Assembly (NCBI GenBank): GCA_963666275.2 | Contig: CAXXOA010000001.1 | Span: 864,001-928,000, forward strand | Direction: 5' to 3' | Origin: Oceanispirochaeta sp. | GTDB taxonomy: Bacteria > Spirochaetota > Spirochaetia > DSM-2461 | DNA length: 64,000 nucleotides | In this document: one piece after another, positions 1 through 10,674 of the stretch | How the letters are laid out: each line of letters begins with the position of its first letter | Numbering within the stretch: the stretch's first letter is position 1 | Position numbers and translations under genes: made by a program | Notes under the pieces: generated by a model | Seen by the model: the letters and a program-made list of their open reading frames with translations, nothing else | The model's database searches: none | What the model was told of the DNA's origin: nothing

Positions 1-99
1 CATCACAGAATAGCCGTCTCCTTCCAGGATCTCTTTCAGCAGTTCCAGGATCGGCTCATTATCATCGGCCAGGTATATCAGACCTTTCGCGTTACTCAA
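1..99 (-). CDS. Response regulator receiver domain protein, 5' part (runs off the window start)
   Basis: TTG start at 99 after GGAGG reads MSNAKGLIYLADDDEPILELLKEILEGDGYSVM, a REC-domain N-terminus. Overlaps the stop of the upstream gene. Confidence 0.75.
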   Translation of the reverse strand, partial: MSNAKGLIYLADDNEPILELLKEILEGDGYSVM

Positions 100-793
100 A
101 CCAGCCTCCCCGGGGAAGCAGGGGGATACCCGAAAGTTCAGTCAGGGCCTGATCCAGAGATTTATGGAAAGTCTGTAGATCCTCCGGGGAATAGGATATC
201 AGGGGGATCTCCCTTTCGCAGGTATTGTCAGTAAGGGTGACTGATATTTTCTCAGATTGTTCCAGGAAGAGGAGTTCCAAGAGACTGTCCCGGGTTAGGG
301 CAGGTTCATAATTCAGGAACTGGCATAGGAATAAACTGTTCTGAATCAGACACACCACATACTGTTTAATATCCAGGGGCTGCTGATGTTTCAGCCTGGG
401 CATCCGGAAGATGAGGTTCCTTTCTCCAATAGAGAAAATCCTGTCCTCTGTTTCAGAGGAATAGACCTCTTTCACCTGGAATTCCGGAATATAGCTGCCT
501 TTGGGAATGACGATTCTCAGGGGATCTTTTCTTCCGTCTGTTCTGTAGTATTCGTCCAGTTTCTGACGGAGCCGCCTGGCCTCAACCCTGACTCTGGGAT
601 CATTCTGGGGATTGAATGTAAAGTCCAGGCCGAAGGCATCGATCCCGATGGAGTACTCTTTTATCTGATCCTTGTCTCCCACCAGGGCTTTCCGGCAGAT
701 ATAATCGAGAAAACTCACAGAGCGCTTTGAATTCCGGAAGATGGAATTCTGCATGACCTTATCCAGATGTTGATAGACTATCCTTTCTTCCAT
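92..793 (-). CDS. Hypothetical regulator with conserved N-terminal wHTH-like domain
   Basis: 233 aa. The motifs IKEYSIGIDAFG, DPRVRVEARRLRQKLDEYY and IVIPKGSYIPEF resemble the N-terminal domain of adenylate cyclase/TolB-like regulators. Confidence 0.6.
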   Translation of the reverse strand: MEERIVYQHLDKVMQNSIFRNSKRSVSFLDYICRKALVGDKDQIKEYSIGIDAFGLDFTFNPQNDPRVRVEARRLRQKLDEYYRTDGRKDPLRIVIPKGSYIPEFQVKEVYSSETEDRIFSIGERNLIFRMPRLKHQQPLDIKQYVVCLIQNSLFLCQFLNYEPALTRDSLLELLFLEQSEKISVTLTDNTCEREIPLISYSPEDLQTFHKSLDQALTELSGIPLLPRGGWFE

Positions 794-1018
794 TATTAAA
801 AATCATAAGGCATAGAAAATAAAAAAACTACAATTTCCTTCTTCATCAGTTTATAAATACAGAGAGGGGTTCCGGAAACGGGGAGACATTCTTCACAGCC
901 CCTGCCTTTGTCTCTCTCTATTTCCCGGCTGGAAAGATCTGAAATCTATAGAGACGGTTCATATTCTGTTCAGTTCTGCCGCTTATCTTCAGGGTAATTG
1001 AAATGACGGAGGATTCTT

Positions 1019-1528
1019 ATGAATAAACGGATTTACCTTACAGTACTTTTGTCTGCTGCTTTAACTTTCACTTCCATGGCAGAGAATTTCGGTTCTGCCG
1101 GTGCATTGGACTCACAGGATTTTACACTGGAAGAGATGCTTCAGTATGCCTGGGAGGATGAGCACATGGCTCTGGCGGAATATGAGGCGATTATGAAAAA
1201 ATTCAATGTTTCCAGGCCCTATGCCAATATCGCCCGCTCGGAAACGACTCACATCGCCTATCTGAAAGACCTCTATGATACCAGAGGGATGGACTATCCC
1301 GAGGTGAGTACCGAGTCTCATCTCTATGTTCCGGCTACCCTCCAGGAAGCGGCGGATGTCGGAGTCGAAGCGGAAATCAAAAATATAGCCATGTACGAGA
1401 AGTTCCTGGAAGAAGACCTCCCTGAGGATGTGGAAAGGATTTTTACCATTCTGATGAAAGGCTCGGAAAATCATCTGGCTGCATTTCAGCGCCAGCAGGG
1501 AAGTGCTCCCGGTCAGAGAAGACAGTAG
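1019..1528 (+). CDS. Secreted ferritin-like (DUF2202-type) protein
   Basis: GGAGG RBS, signal peptide, ferritin-like ligands EDEHMA, SETTH, EIKNIAMY and SENH. Confidence 0.75.
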   Translation: MNKRIYLTVLLSAALTFTSMAENFGSAGALDSQDFTLEEMLQYAWEDEHMALAEYEAIMKKFNVSRPYANIARSETTHIAYLKDLYDTRGMDYPEVSTESHLYVPATLQEAADVGVEAEIKNIAMYEKFLEEDLPEDVERIFTILMKGSENHLAAFQRQQGSAPGQRRQ

Positions 1529-1564
1529 ATTTCCCATAGTAATGTCAGAAGGTTTCATCAATGG

Positions 1565-1586
1565 AAGGGGAGATGAATCTCCCCTT
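1565..1586. terminator. Probable bidirectional intrinsic terminator
   Basis: AAGGGGAGA-TGAA-TCTCCCCTT inverted repeat between convergent genes. Confidence 0.65.
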
Positions 1587-1624
1587 TAATGTGTCAGTAT
1601 TTTTAAGGGAAAAGAGAGAGCTTT

Positions 1625-1852
1625 CTATGAACAGCTTGCTGCTGTTGACAGTAAAGGCTCGAACTCCTCTTTCAGGATACGGAAATAGTCATCATTGACA
1701 TGCTCCAGTTCACCAAACTGATCTTTACTGAAGATTGCCTGAATCTTTCTATCCTTGTCTACCGAAAGGGTGTACTGGAATTCCCGGCCGCCTCTGTTGA
1801 GCAGGGTTCCCTTGTATCTTTGGGGTGCTTCTGGTTCCACAAAAATATTCAT
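1625..1852 (-). CDS. Small hypothetical protein
   Basis: 75-aa ORF preceded by TTGCGT-16-TATAAT-6-ATG. Confidence 0.6.
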   Translation of the reverse strand: MNIFVEPEAPQRYKGTLLNRGGREFQYTLSVDKDRKIQAIFSKDQFGELEHVNDDYFRILKEEFEPLLSTAASCS

Positions 1853-1960
1853 ACCTTAATTATATAGTAAACTGAAGATTACGCAAGTATTCTGTAGTAA
1901 ATTGAAGGTAATTTTTACAAATAGATCCGTATCGGAGGGAAATCCGGGGTCTGGTCTATT

Positions 1961-4138
1961 TTACGCTGTAAGAATCGGCAGAAGTATCCGGAAACAGCTT
2001 CCCCGGCCCATCCTGGTTTCCAGCTCCAGGAGTCCCTGATTGTCCTGAACTATGCCGAATACAGTAGATAATCCCAGACCGTTCCCTTTGCCTGTCTCTT
2101 TGGTTGAGAAAAAAGGATCGAATATCTTCTCTCTGATCTCTTCGGGGATTCCTGGACCTGAATCCTCCACTTCTATAACAGCAAAGAACCGGCTCTCCCT
2201 TTTTTCCTGAAAGGTTCTGATAGACAGGCTGCCCCGGTTGTTCATGGCATCCCTGGCATTGACTACCAGATTCATCAGGATCTGATCTATCTGGCTCCTG
2301 TGGGTGAAGATCCGGCAGTCCTCACACTGCAAGTCAATGGTCAGATCAATGGTACTTCCCGCGAGCCTCCGCAGCATTTCACTGGCGGCATTCACCACAT
2401 CATTGAGCATGAGCGGCTTTTTTTCTTTTTTCTCCATCCGGCAGAAGGAGAGGAGCTGGTTGACGAGCTCCTGGGCTTTTTCCGCTGTCTGATCGATCTT
2501 ATCAAGAAAAACAAGATCCGAATCATCTCTCCTTGTTTCACGGATCATGCTTGAGTACCCGAATATAATCTGGAGAATGTTGTTAAAATCGTGGGCGACA
2601 CCTCCGGCCAGTCTTCCCACCGCTTCCAGCCGTTCAGAGCGGTTCAGCCTCTCTTCTATCCTTATTTTCGAGGTAATATCACGGAGGGATATTATCAGGC
2701 CTTTGACAGTTCCGTCCTCTCCGGGAACAGGGATGGTTATATCTTCCAGAATCTTTTTTCCCATCTCAATGCGGCATATGCCCGCTTTCATACCCAGAAG
2801 AGATTCCATGATCAGTTTTTCCTGAACAGACCGTATTTTCTCCGGCAGAAGAGGAAGGATGTCTCTGCCTGTAAGGGATTCCCTGTCCGTATCGAGTTCC
2901 AGAATACGGCATCCTTTAGAACTGATCCTCAGAATCCTGTTCTCGCTGTCAAGGAAAATGATGCCGTCATAACTGCTTTCCATGACAAGTTTCAGCTCTT
3001 CTTCCTTTGCCTTTGTCTGATCATACTGGTCTTTCAGAAAACGGTTGAGTGTGATCAGCTGATTCTTGGACTCTGAAAGCTTCATAAAAGAGTCTTCGAT
3101 CGTCCGGGCCATGATGTTGAAACTCTCTGCCAGAATTTCAAGCTCCACAAAGAGGAAGTGTTCAACCTTCACATCGTAATCGCCATGACTCAGACGGGAG
3201 GACATCTGTATGAGCTGATCCATATCCAGCAGGAGATGGTGTATCAGGGTTCTGTTGAATATCGCAAGGGTCAGCATCAAACCGCCCAGAAGGAGGAGGA
3301 ACATCACAACCGTCACAATCAGGGGCATGTAGAGCATAAACAGTTCTTCATAGAGCACCACATAAAGACCGAATCCCTCCAGATAGCTCCATTTGACAAC
3401 ATGAAGTTTGTTTTTCTCCCGGATGATCTGCTGTTTCTCCCTGGTGAAATCGATGAGAAGATCCTGCCTCCTCTGGGTAACCACTTTGTAATCGGTCTGA
3501 GCCAGAAAAAACTGCTCCTCATTGATGACGGCAATTTTAACGGAACTCCTTTGGCTCAGCTGTTCCACCAGGAGCTGGAGATCTTTCAGGGAGTAGACAC
3601 AGACATAGGCATTCCCGTCTTTATCTTTCAGAGCCAGAGTATAGGACACGTCGGTTGTGGCCGAGGAAATATAGGTTTCGGCCCAGCGGCCGGAAGCTTT
3701 CTGCAGGTCTCTGAAAAAAGGGAATCCCGAATAGTCTTTCCCCAGAATAGACTGCTTGCTATTTGTCGTTCTGAGAACCTTTCCTTCCGGTGAAAGAATA
3801 AAAACATCAAGAAAATGGTCGTTTTCATCCACCATCAGATTGAGAAAGAGTTCCACACTGGTATCTCCCTTATTCTGATGCTGATAGATGGCTTTCAGGT
3901 ACTCCAGGGAGCTGAAGGGAATTTCAAGATTCTGGCGGATACTGTTTTCAATCTGAATGGTCAGATTCTCCTGGATCCTGGTGAGCTGTCCTCCGGATAT
4001 CCTCAGAAGCAGCAGGATCGTCAGCAGGCAGAAGAGAATCACAGGAATCACCACAATCAGAAGCAGTTTCTTCCCCAGCTCATTTTCAAGAGATTTTTTC
4101 GGTGTTGCTTTAATAGCGCGAGGTGTTTGCTTTTCCAT
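1961..4138 (-). CDS. Sensor histidine kinase (Cache-HAMP-PAS-HisKA-HATPase)
   Basis: Two TM segments, HAMP, H-box [10 protein letters not shown]-box [11 protein letters not shown]-boxes DSGPGI and GKGNGLGL. Confidence 0.92.
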   Translation of the reverse strand: MEKQTPRAIKATPKKSLENELGKKLLLIVVIPVILFCLLTILLLLRISGGQLTRIQENLTIQIENSIRQNLEIPFSSLEYLKAIYQHQNKGDTSVELFLNLMVDENDHFLDVFILSPEGKVLRTTNSKQSILGKDYSGFPFFRDLQKASGRWAETYISSATTDVSYTLALKDKDGNAYVCVYSLKDLQLLVEQLSQRSSVKIAVINEEQFFLAQTDYKVVTQRRQDLLIDFTREKQQIIREKNKLHVVKWSYLEGFGLYVVLYEELFMLYMPLIVTVVMFLLLLGGLMLTLAIFNRTLIHHLLLDMDQLIQMSSRLSHGDYDVKVEHFLFVELEILAESFNIMARTIEDSFMKLSESKNQLITLNRFLKDQYDQTKAKEEELKLVMESSYDGIIFLDSENRILRISSKGCRILELDTDRESLTGRDILPLLPEKIRSVQEKLIMESLLGMKAGICRIEMGKKILEDITIPVPGEDGTVKGLIISLRDITSKIRIEERLNRSERLEAVGRLAGGVAHDFNNILQIIFGYSSMIRETRRDDSDLVFLDKIDQTAEKAQELVNQLLSFCRMEKKEKKPLMLNDVVNAASEMLRRLAGSTIDLTIDLQCEDCRIFTHRSQIDQILMNLVVNARDAMNNRGSLSIRTFQEKRESRFFAVIEVEDSGPGIPEEIREKIFDPFFSTKETGKGNGLGLSTVFGIVQDNQGLLELETRMGRGSCFRILLPILTA

Positions 4139-4163
4139 ATTGCGTTAAACTAAACTATATAAC

Positions 4164-5564
4164 ATGCGGGATTTGAATGCGAAAAAATTGATAATCAGGT
4201 TTTTACTGATCCTCCCTTTTCTGTATTCGGTTTTGCTCTTCACATCCTGCAACCGCTGGAGCCCGGAGAGCCAGACCGGCGAGCCCTTCAGCTGGCAGAT
4301 GGCCCGGGGAGATTCGATCGATATTTTCTTCAGTCAGCACCCCTATACGGAAGCCATAATCAAAAAAATTGCAGACTTTGAAGAGCTCACAGGGATCGAT
4401 GTTGTCTACAGCGTATCCCAGGAGGATGAGTATTTCGATCTCCTCTACGGACGGCTGGCTTCCCGAAGAGATCAGCCTGACCTTTTCATGTCGGGTGCCT
4501 ATCAGCTGTGGGATCTGATGGACAAAGGGTTCGTGGAGAATCTTGATCCCTATCTGTCCTCTCCGGCCCTGACTGAGGAATCCTATAATCCCCGGGACTT
4601 CTTTCCCGCGGTGTACAATTCTCTGAGATGGAACCGGGATACCTATAAACTGGGGGAAGGCCCTCTTCTGGCACTGCCTCTGGGATTCGAACTGATAACC
4701 CTTGCCTATAATAGACGGATATTTGATGAAAAAGGATTAACCCCTCCCGCAACAATGGAGGAACTCTACAGGCTTTGCGGAATTCTGGATGAATTCGACG
4801 GTCCCGGATCATTTGCCATCTCCGTGAGAGGTGCGGATAACTGGGCAACCATCCATCCCGGCTATATGACCACATTCGGCAATTACGGGGCAGTTGATGC
4901 GGAGAATATATCGGGAAATCTTGTCAGCAGGGTCAATTCTCCCGAATCACTGGAAATGAACCGTCACTGGATCGATATGGTCAGAACCGGCGGCGCTGAA
5001 AACTGGGGTGAGTATAACTGGTATAAAACAGGTGCCGCTCTGGGAGACGGTCGGGCCGCCATGCTTTTTGATGCGGATATTGTGGGGTACTTTCAGAATA
5101 TTCCCGGATCCTCCCGGGAGGCGGGGAATATAGCCTGGGTCAAAGCTCCGGTTCCGGAAGCCCGTGCGGGAGATCCTGTCCGGTCTAATCTATGGATCTG
5201 GTCTCTTGCCATGAACAGCCGGTCCAGAGAGAAAAAGGCCGCCTGGCTCTTTCTGCAGTACTTCACCGGCCCGGAGTATCAGCTGTGGGCGGCGGTCAAT
5301 GAAAAAGCCGTGGATCCTCCCAGGCGTTCGGTTTTCAATGACCCCTCCCTGCAGGAGATCCTCTCCCTGGCAGAGGGCTATGAACAGGCTTTCAGAGATA
5401 CCATAGAGACGGCGGGGATTCTCTTTACCCCGCAGCCGCATTTTATTGAAACCACTTCCCTCTGGGCCAGTTCTCTCCGGCGTCTTGTGATGGAGGAAAA
5501 TCTGGATGTACAGCAGGAACTGGACTCTCTGAAAAACCGCATGGATCAGATATTTTCCCCGTAA
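4164..5564 (+). CDS. Carbohydrate-type extracellular solute-binding lipoprotein (no permease nearby)
   Basis: Lipobox-like LLFTSC; family-1 SBP motifs LAYNRRIF and [10 protein letters not shown]. Confidence 0.85.
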   Translation: MRDLNAKKLIIRFLLILPFLYSVLLFTSCNRWSPESQTGEPFSWQMARGDSIDIFFSQHPYTEAIIKKIADFEELTGIDVVYSVSQEDEYFDLLYGRLASRRDQPDLFMSGAYQLWDLMDKGFVENLDPYLSSPALTEESYNPRDFFPAVYNSLRWNRDTYKLGEGPLLALPLGFELITLAYNRRIFDEKGLTPPATMEELYRLCGILDEFDGPGSFAISVRGADNWATIHPGYMTTFGNYGAVDAENISGNLVSRVNSPESLEMNRHWIDMVRTGGAENWGEYNWYKTGAALGDGRAAMLFDADIVGYFQNIPGSSREAGNIAWVKAPVPEARAGDPVRSNLWIWSLAMNSRSREKKAAWLFLQYFTGPEYQLWAAVNEKAVDPPRRSVFNDPSLQEILSLAEGYEQAFRDTIETAGILFTPQPHFIETTSLWASSLRRLVMEENLDVQQELDSLKNRMDQIFSP

Positions 5565-7489
5565 GTTTCACTGCTCATCTGTTCTGTTTCCTCCCGGATT
5601 CTGAAAAATCGGATCATATCCTTAAGAGAGCCCGCCTGACCGGAAAGTTCTTCAGAGATGGATGCCATCTCCTCCGAGGAAGAGGCATTCATCTGAATGA
5701 CCTGATCCAGCTGGGATACGGCTTTAAAAACCTGTTCTGTCCCATTGAGCTGTTCGGCAGTTGAATAATTGATCTCCTCCACCATGGTGGCTGTTCTTTT
5801 TATATCCGGAATAATCGCCGTAAAAAGTTCTCCCGCGGCTTCGGCTTTTACCATGCTCTGACCGGTCAATTCCCGTATCTCTCCCGCCGCTTTCTGGCTC
5901 CTTTCCGCCAGCTGCCTGACTTCCTGGGCTACCACGGCAAAACCTTTCCCGTGATCCCCGGCTCTGGCCGCTTCTATGGAGGCATTGAGGGCCAGAAGAT
6001 TGGTATTCCTGGCAATGTCCTCAATGACCGATATTTTTTCAGTGATGTCCTTCATGGCCTGAACTGTCTGGGCAACCGATTCTCCTCCCTGTTCTATCTC
6101 TGCCGCTGTCTTCCGGGCTATCGCTTCGGTTTCTCTGGCATTGCTGGCATTCTGGGTAATGTTGGATCCGATCTGTTCAAGCGAGGAAGAGACTTCCTGA
6201 ATGCTGGCGGCCTGTTCCGATGCCCCCTGAGAGAGCTGCTGGGCTGAAATCGTTACCTGCCGGCTCCCTTTATCCACATCCTGAGCGGACAGGTTTATCT
6301 CTTCTATAATATGGATCAGCTGTTCCTGCATCTTTCTCATGGACGCGGAGACTCCTATCTCTCCCTGTTCCTCCTTATTGAGGATCAGATTTCCCAGAGC
6401 TACATTTTCTGCGATCCTGGCAATCACGGCCGGATCCTTTCCCAGCTGCCTGAAAATATACCTGGTGATGGCGGCGGAGGCTCCGATGGCGCACAGTATT
6501 GTCAGAGCTACAATGACTGTATATGTAAATATGAGAGACTGAAGCCTCTGGATCAGAAGGGCCGACAGGCCCAGGGCTCTCTCCTGCTGGAGATTCCCCA
6601 GTATATCGATCCTCTCCCGCATGGAAGAGAAGTTCTGTTCATTCACTGCAGCTTCCCCTGTCATGATCATACGGGTTTCAAAAGTTTCCCGGATGACAGA
6701 AGCAATAAAAAGGCTGTCCTTTCTCCACTGTCCGTACTCATCCCTGAACTCGGCCATCAGAGAGGAGAGGGGACTGCCGGCCAGCTCGTAAGCCTGAGTG
6801 ATCCTCTGGTTTACCTGTTCAAGATTTTCCTCCTGTTCTGTCAGCCGGGCAGCCAGTTCTTCCTGTGAAGAGGCATGGTCTGATTCCAGAAGGGCTGTAT
6901 AGGCCTGATAGGCATCCCTGTCGGCATTCAGTATCAGCTGGACTGCTTCATTGAGGACTGCCCGGCGGTTCCGGGAACTGCTCTCAATCATCCCGGCTGT
7001 CCGGTCTGTCATGGTATCGATCAGATTCCGCATCTTCAGGAATGTCCCGTCAGCCCTTTCCCGGGCCCGGGTCTGATCTGCCGTTCTTCTGCTGATTTCC
7101 AGGGAGGAGGCCATAATCACACGGCTGGAGGCCGCCCAGTCCCTGTAGTCTGCTTCAAATAGGCTGAGCTGCTCCATCATTTCGGGGGTATAGGTGTCAG
7201 AAGGGCCTGTCACCCTCTCCCATACCTGAGTCATATTCTCTTCCAGATCCGCTTCCAGAGCTTTCAGCTGCTCTTTGTCAGATATCTTCAGAGCAAGATT
7301 TCCTGCCAGAAAGGCCTGGTAGGCATCTCTGTCCCCATTCAGAACGAGTGCCCGGTTTTCCTGTACCAGATTGATAACCGGCAATTCCTTTCTCAGTTTT
7401 CCGAAGCAGAACAGCCCCAGGGTGAATACAATGGAAAGTCCGAGGATAGGAATCAGCACCAGCACCGAAAGATTTTTCTTCAACGTCAT
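5546..7489 (-). CDS. Methyl-accepting chemotaxis protein
   Basis: Two TMs, helical periplasmic domain, MA signature [30 protein letters not shown]. Confidence 0.95.
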   Translation of the reverse strand: MTLKKNLSVLVLIPILGLSIVFTLGLFCFGKLRKELPVINLVQENRALVLNGDRDAYQAFLAGNLALKISDKEQLKALEADLEENMTQVWERVTGPSDTYTPEMMEQLSLFEADYRDWAASSRVIMASSLEISRRTADQTRARERADGTFLKMRNLIDTMTDRTAGMIESSSRNRRAVLNEAVQLILNADRDAYQAYTALLESDHASSQEELAARLTEQEENLEQVNQRITQAYELAGSPLSSLMAEFRDEYGQWRKDSLFIASVIRETFETRMIMTGEAAVNEQNFSSMRERIDILGNLQQERALGLSALLIQRLQSLIFTYTVIVALTILCAIGASAAITRYIFRQLGKDPAVIARIAENVALGNLILNKEEQGEIGVSASMRKMQEQLIHIIEEINLSAQDVDKGSRQVTISAQQLSQGASEQAASIQEVSSSLEQIGSNITQNASNARETEAIARKTAAEIEQGGESVAQTVQAMKDITEKISVIEDIARNTNLLALNASIEAARAGDHGKGFAVVAQEVRQLAERSQKAAGEIRELTGQSMVKAEAAGELFTAIIPDIKRTATMVEEINYSTAEQLNGTEQVFKAVSQLDQVIQMNASSSEEMASISEELSGQAGSLKDMIRFFRIREETEQMSSETYGENI

Positions 7490-7662
7490 ACTGCCGCCTC
7501 CTTGAAAGACCTCTATGGGGAAGTATACGAGCGTTGATTAATCAATGCAAATTTATTTTTTGACTGCATAACACCTCTGATTATACAGATAAAAAAAATG
7601 AATCGGCCTCTCTTTTCAGGGGGTTTTTTTTTATCCTCTGATAGTTTATAACATAAAGTTAT

Positions 7663-8442
7663 ATGATCCAGGGAAAAGACTTTCTAGGTAAGAAAATTGT
7701 ATTTGTGTATCCTCCTGAAGTTGTACAGGGGGAGCTCCTTTCGGTTCTCTATAATGAAGAGCTGGAAGCCTATATTTTACAGGACCACCGCAAAATTCCC
7801 GAAATAGTTGAAAAGTACCCGGATACCCTGTTCTTTCTGAACATAGACGCTGTGCTTAACGATCTGGAGTGGCAGAATCTTGTCAGGGACCTGCACAGGC
7901 GGTATCCCTCTATCATGCTGGGAATCCTTACCTTTAAAATCGATGAGGATCTCCATGAAATGTACCTGATGGAACTGGGAGTCAAATGCGGCTATATTCA
8001 GTTGAAACTGGGGCTTCAGAAAGCAACGGATATGATGATCAAGATTCTGGAGGCTAATGAGGTCAGGGGGCGCAGACAGTATCTGAGATGCCAGTGTTCT
8101 GAAAACTGCCAGGCCTCACTGAATTTCAAGTTAGCCGATGACCTTCTGACAGGACGCGTTCTGGATATCAGTTCTGTCGCCATGTCCTGTCATCTCAGTG
8201 CCCATCAGGGGCTGACGAAAAATCAGCTGATCAGCAGAATGCAGATGCGCCTGAAAGGGGCTATAGTGATCACAGATGCAGTCCTTGTGGGAATGCGAAT
8301 TGTCAAGAACGAACAGACCATCTATGTGTTTCTCTTTAAAACCGATGCTCCGGAAAAAATCCGTCCCAAAATAAGAACTTTCATAAGCCAGAATCTTCAG
8401 ATGAATTTCAACAGGGAATTCGGCCTGTCCGGCCAGATCTGA
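7663..8442 (+). CDS. PilZ-domain protein (putative c-di-GMP receptor)
   Basis: C-terminal RRQYLR (RxxxR) and a DISSVA variant of the DxSxxG motif. Confidence 0.7.
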   Translation: MIQGKDFLGKKIVFVYPPEVVQGELLSVLYNEELEAYILQDHRKIPEIVEKYPDTLFFLNIDAVLNDLEWQNLVRDLHRRYPSIMLGILTFKIDEDLHEMYLMELGVKCGYIQLKLGLQKATDMMIKILEANEVRGRRQYLRCQCSENCQASLNFKLADDLLTGRVLDISSVAMSCHLSAHQGLTKNQLISRMQMRLKGAIVITDAVLVGMRIVKNEQTIYVFLFKTDAPEKIRPKIRTFISQNLQMNFNREFGLSGQI

Positions 8443-8536
8443 TCAGGCTCCTCCCGTATATTCTAAGAGAAAAAGCGCCTGGTCCATCTGTTTTTTTAAT
8501 GGCATTTTTTCCTTCTGATGCTTATGATTCTTTATA

Positions 8537-10162
8537 ATGAAAAAATCGGATCTTTTTTCTTCAGAGCTGAAAGCAGCAAGGCACATTCTCCTCTTTATCT
8601 CTATTGCCTTTGTCACTCTTATGATTCTGAGTCTCCTCCTGGGCTATTTTCTGTACATAAGAAAATTTATGGATCTTGAGAACCGCTATCTTCAATCACA
8701 GGAACAGAGCGTTGAACGGATCATTGAGGAAGAAATAGGCAATCTCATGAGCACCTGCCTCGACTGGTCTGTATGGGACGATTCCTGGAGTTTTATGAGG
8801 GGGACGAATCCCGGTTTTATCGAAAGCAATCTTTCAGAAGAAACTCTGACAACACTCAAGCTGAATCTTATGTCTTTTGTTCTGGATGAGGGCTCTGTTA
8901 CCTGGCAGATGGAAGTGGATCCTGAAACCGGAATGATCCGTCAGGATCCTCTTTTTCCCTCTGACCGCTTTCCTGCGGATATCATCTCCTCTCTTGTGGC
9001 ACATAGCAATAAAGGCATCATCCCGGTGGGAGGAACCCTTTTTTTTATGGTCCTGAATCCCATCACGAAAGGATCGGATAAAGAGAGTACCCAAGGCTAT
9101 TTAATCCTGGGAAAAGAATTCACATCCAGGGAGAACATGCGGCTTTCCCATATTACCAATGTGAATTTCCGCCTGATCGAAAAAAAGGCCTTGTCCTCTC
9201 TTCTGTCTCCCCCGGATATTGAACGGCTCGTTCTGGAAGAGAGAGTCCTTCTGCGTCTCCGGAACAGCATTACATCCTACATTCCTCTGAAAACACATTT
9301 TTCTGATGACAGAGATATTTTTCTGAATGTATGGAGGGACAGAAATCTGATGCAGCTGGGGCTGAAAAGCTTTTTCCAGTATCTCTTAATCTCTCTGGCC
9401 GGGGTTCTGGTAACAGCCCTGGGGGTACTGCGATATTTCAGAAAAGAGTATATGCAGCCGGTTATGCATCTCTATAGAAGCGTCCGCCGGATTAAAGAGG
9501 AAGGGGATCTCTCTTTCCGGATTTCCTATTCCGAAGACAATGAGTTCGGACGTTTGTGCGACGGATTCAACAGCCTTCTGGACGTGATCGAAGATCAGAC
9601 CCGGGAACTCAGTCAGAAAAACAAAATACTCCTGGAACAGGCTAATACGGATGAACTGACAGGTTTGCTGAACAAAAGGTATCTCAATACCTGGCTGGAT
9701 GAAAGGTCCTATAAGGGAGGACGGGAGGAACCGGATGGTTCCATCCTGATGCTGGATATCGATCACTTCAAGCTCTATAATGACAGGTACGGGCATATTG
9801 CCGGGGATCTCTGCCTGAGAAAAGTCGCCGAGGTACTGCATCGGATTGCCACAAGAAATACGGACTATTCCTTCCGTTACGGAGGAGAAGAGTTCCTGAT
9901 TATTCTGGGCGATACAGACTGCCATGGCGCCGGGAAGGTAGCAGAGAGGATTCTGGAGGAGATCGCGGCTCTGAAGATTGAGAATGCCGATGCTCCCACA
10001 TCTCCGTATATCACAGTCAGTATCGGTATTTCCTGCGGTCCCCTGACTTACTCCAGAGAATTTGCTGAACAGCTTATTGTTACGGCGGACGAGGCCCTCT
10101 ACAGGTCCAAAAAAGAGGGACGCAACAGACAGACTCTCAGTAACAGCTGCCCTTCCGAATAA
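8537..10162 (+). CDS. Diguanylate cyclase (CHASE4-HAMP-GGDEF)
   Basis: DWSVWDDSW CHASE4 motif, HAMP, DIDHFKLYND and RYGGEEF. Confidence 0.92.
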   Translation: MKKSDLFSSELKAARHILLFISIAFVTLMILSLLLGYFLYIRKFMDLENRYLQSQEQSVERIIEEEIGNLMSTCLDWSVWDDSWSFMRGTNPGFIESNLSEETLTTLKLNLMSFVLDEGSVTWQMEVDPETGMIRQDPLFPSDRFPADIISSLVAHSNKGIIPVGGTLFFMVLNPITKGSDKESTQGYLILGKEFTSRENMRLSHITNVNFRLIEKKALSSLLSPPDIERLVLEERVLLRLRNSITSYIPLKTHFSDDRDIFLNVWRDRNLMQLGLKSFFQYLLISLAGVLVTALGVLRYFRKEYMQPVMHLYRSVRRIKEEGDLSFRISYSEDNEFGRLCDGFNSLLDVIEDQTRELSQKNKILLEQANTDELTGLLNKRYLNTWLDERSYKGGREEPDGSILMLDIDHFKLYNDRYGHIAGDLCLRKVAEVLHRIATRNTDYSFRYGGEEFLIILGDTDCHGAGKVAERILEEIAALKIENADAPTSPYITVSIGISCGPLTYSREFAEQLIVTADEALYRSKKEGRNRQTLSNSCPSE

Positions 10163-10420
10163 AAAAATCCTTTTGCAGAAGAGTTTTTTCTCAGAAAAAT
10201 AACAACAATTATGTAGAAAATAAAAATCTTTATTTTTATCCTCAGAAGAGAAAAATTTTCTCTATGATAACCGGCAGAAAATTTTTATGCATTTTAAAAT
10301 GATACTCTGAAATAAAATAGAAATATCTGGCAGTCGTTTTTTTGTGAAGTAATAAAGGAATAATCATATATTAAACAGGGGCCGGCTGTTTTTTTCTTAT
10401 TCTACCGGCCTGGAAAGATA

Positions 10421-10450
10421 TTGTAATTTTTTTACTTCCTTGGTTAAAAT
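10421..10450 (+). promoter_or_regulatory. Putative sigma70 promoter of the mtmB-like/ECF operon
   Basis: TTGTAA-18 bp-TAAAAT downstream of an AT-rich tract. Confidence 0.5.
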
Positions 10451-10455
10451 CTAGC

Positions 10456-10674
10456 ATGTCTGACATCTTGCGGGACTGTCAGAAGAAATTCCATGTGCAG
10501 ACATTGAGGACGGGAAGCCTGTTCGTACCAAGAGTACCGGGGTCGCACTATACACTACAAAGATTTACCGGTTACGGGGTCTGGTGGCTGTTGCATGGAA
10601 GTTCCTTTATCTCAACCCACGACAGCAAACCTCTCTCTTCCGGTGAGTATTCAGTTGAAAACTGGAGGATGTGC
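10456..10674 (+). ncRNA. Candidate structured 5' leader / riboswitch-like element, class unknown
   Basis: Hairpin TCTGACA..TGTCAGA; long stem TTCCATGTGCAG/CTGTTGCATGGAA; anti-SD stem TCTTCCGGT (10636-44) pairing ACTGGAGGA (10661-69). Confidence 0.45.

Noticed and set aside
10247..10263. Palindrome AGAGAAAA-A-TTTTCTCT upstream of the mtmB-like promoter
   Set aside because: It is a single low-complexity copy in a very AT-rich spacer and could be chance.
10505..10545. Lysine riboswitch resemblance (GAGG..CAAGAGTA)
   Set aside because: The downstream conserved GAAAGG/GCCGAA elements are absent.
10456..10674. 73-aa N-terminal extension of the MtmB-like protein
   Set aside because: The frame is open, but MtmB homology and a GGAGG RBS point to 10675. 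A translated leader is not fully excluded.
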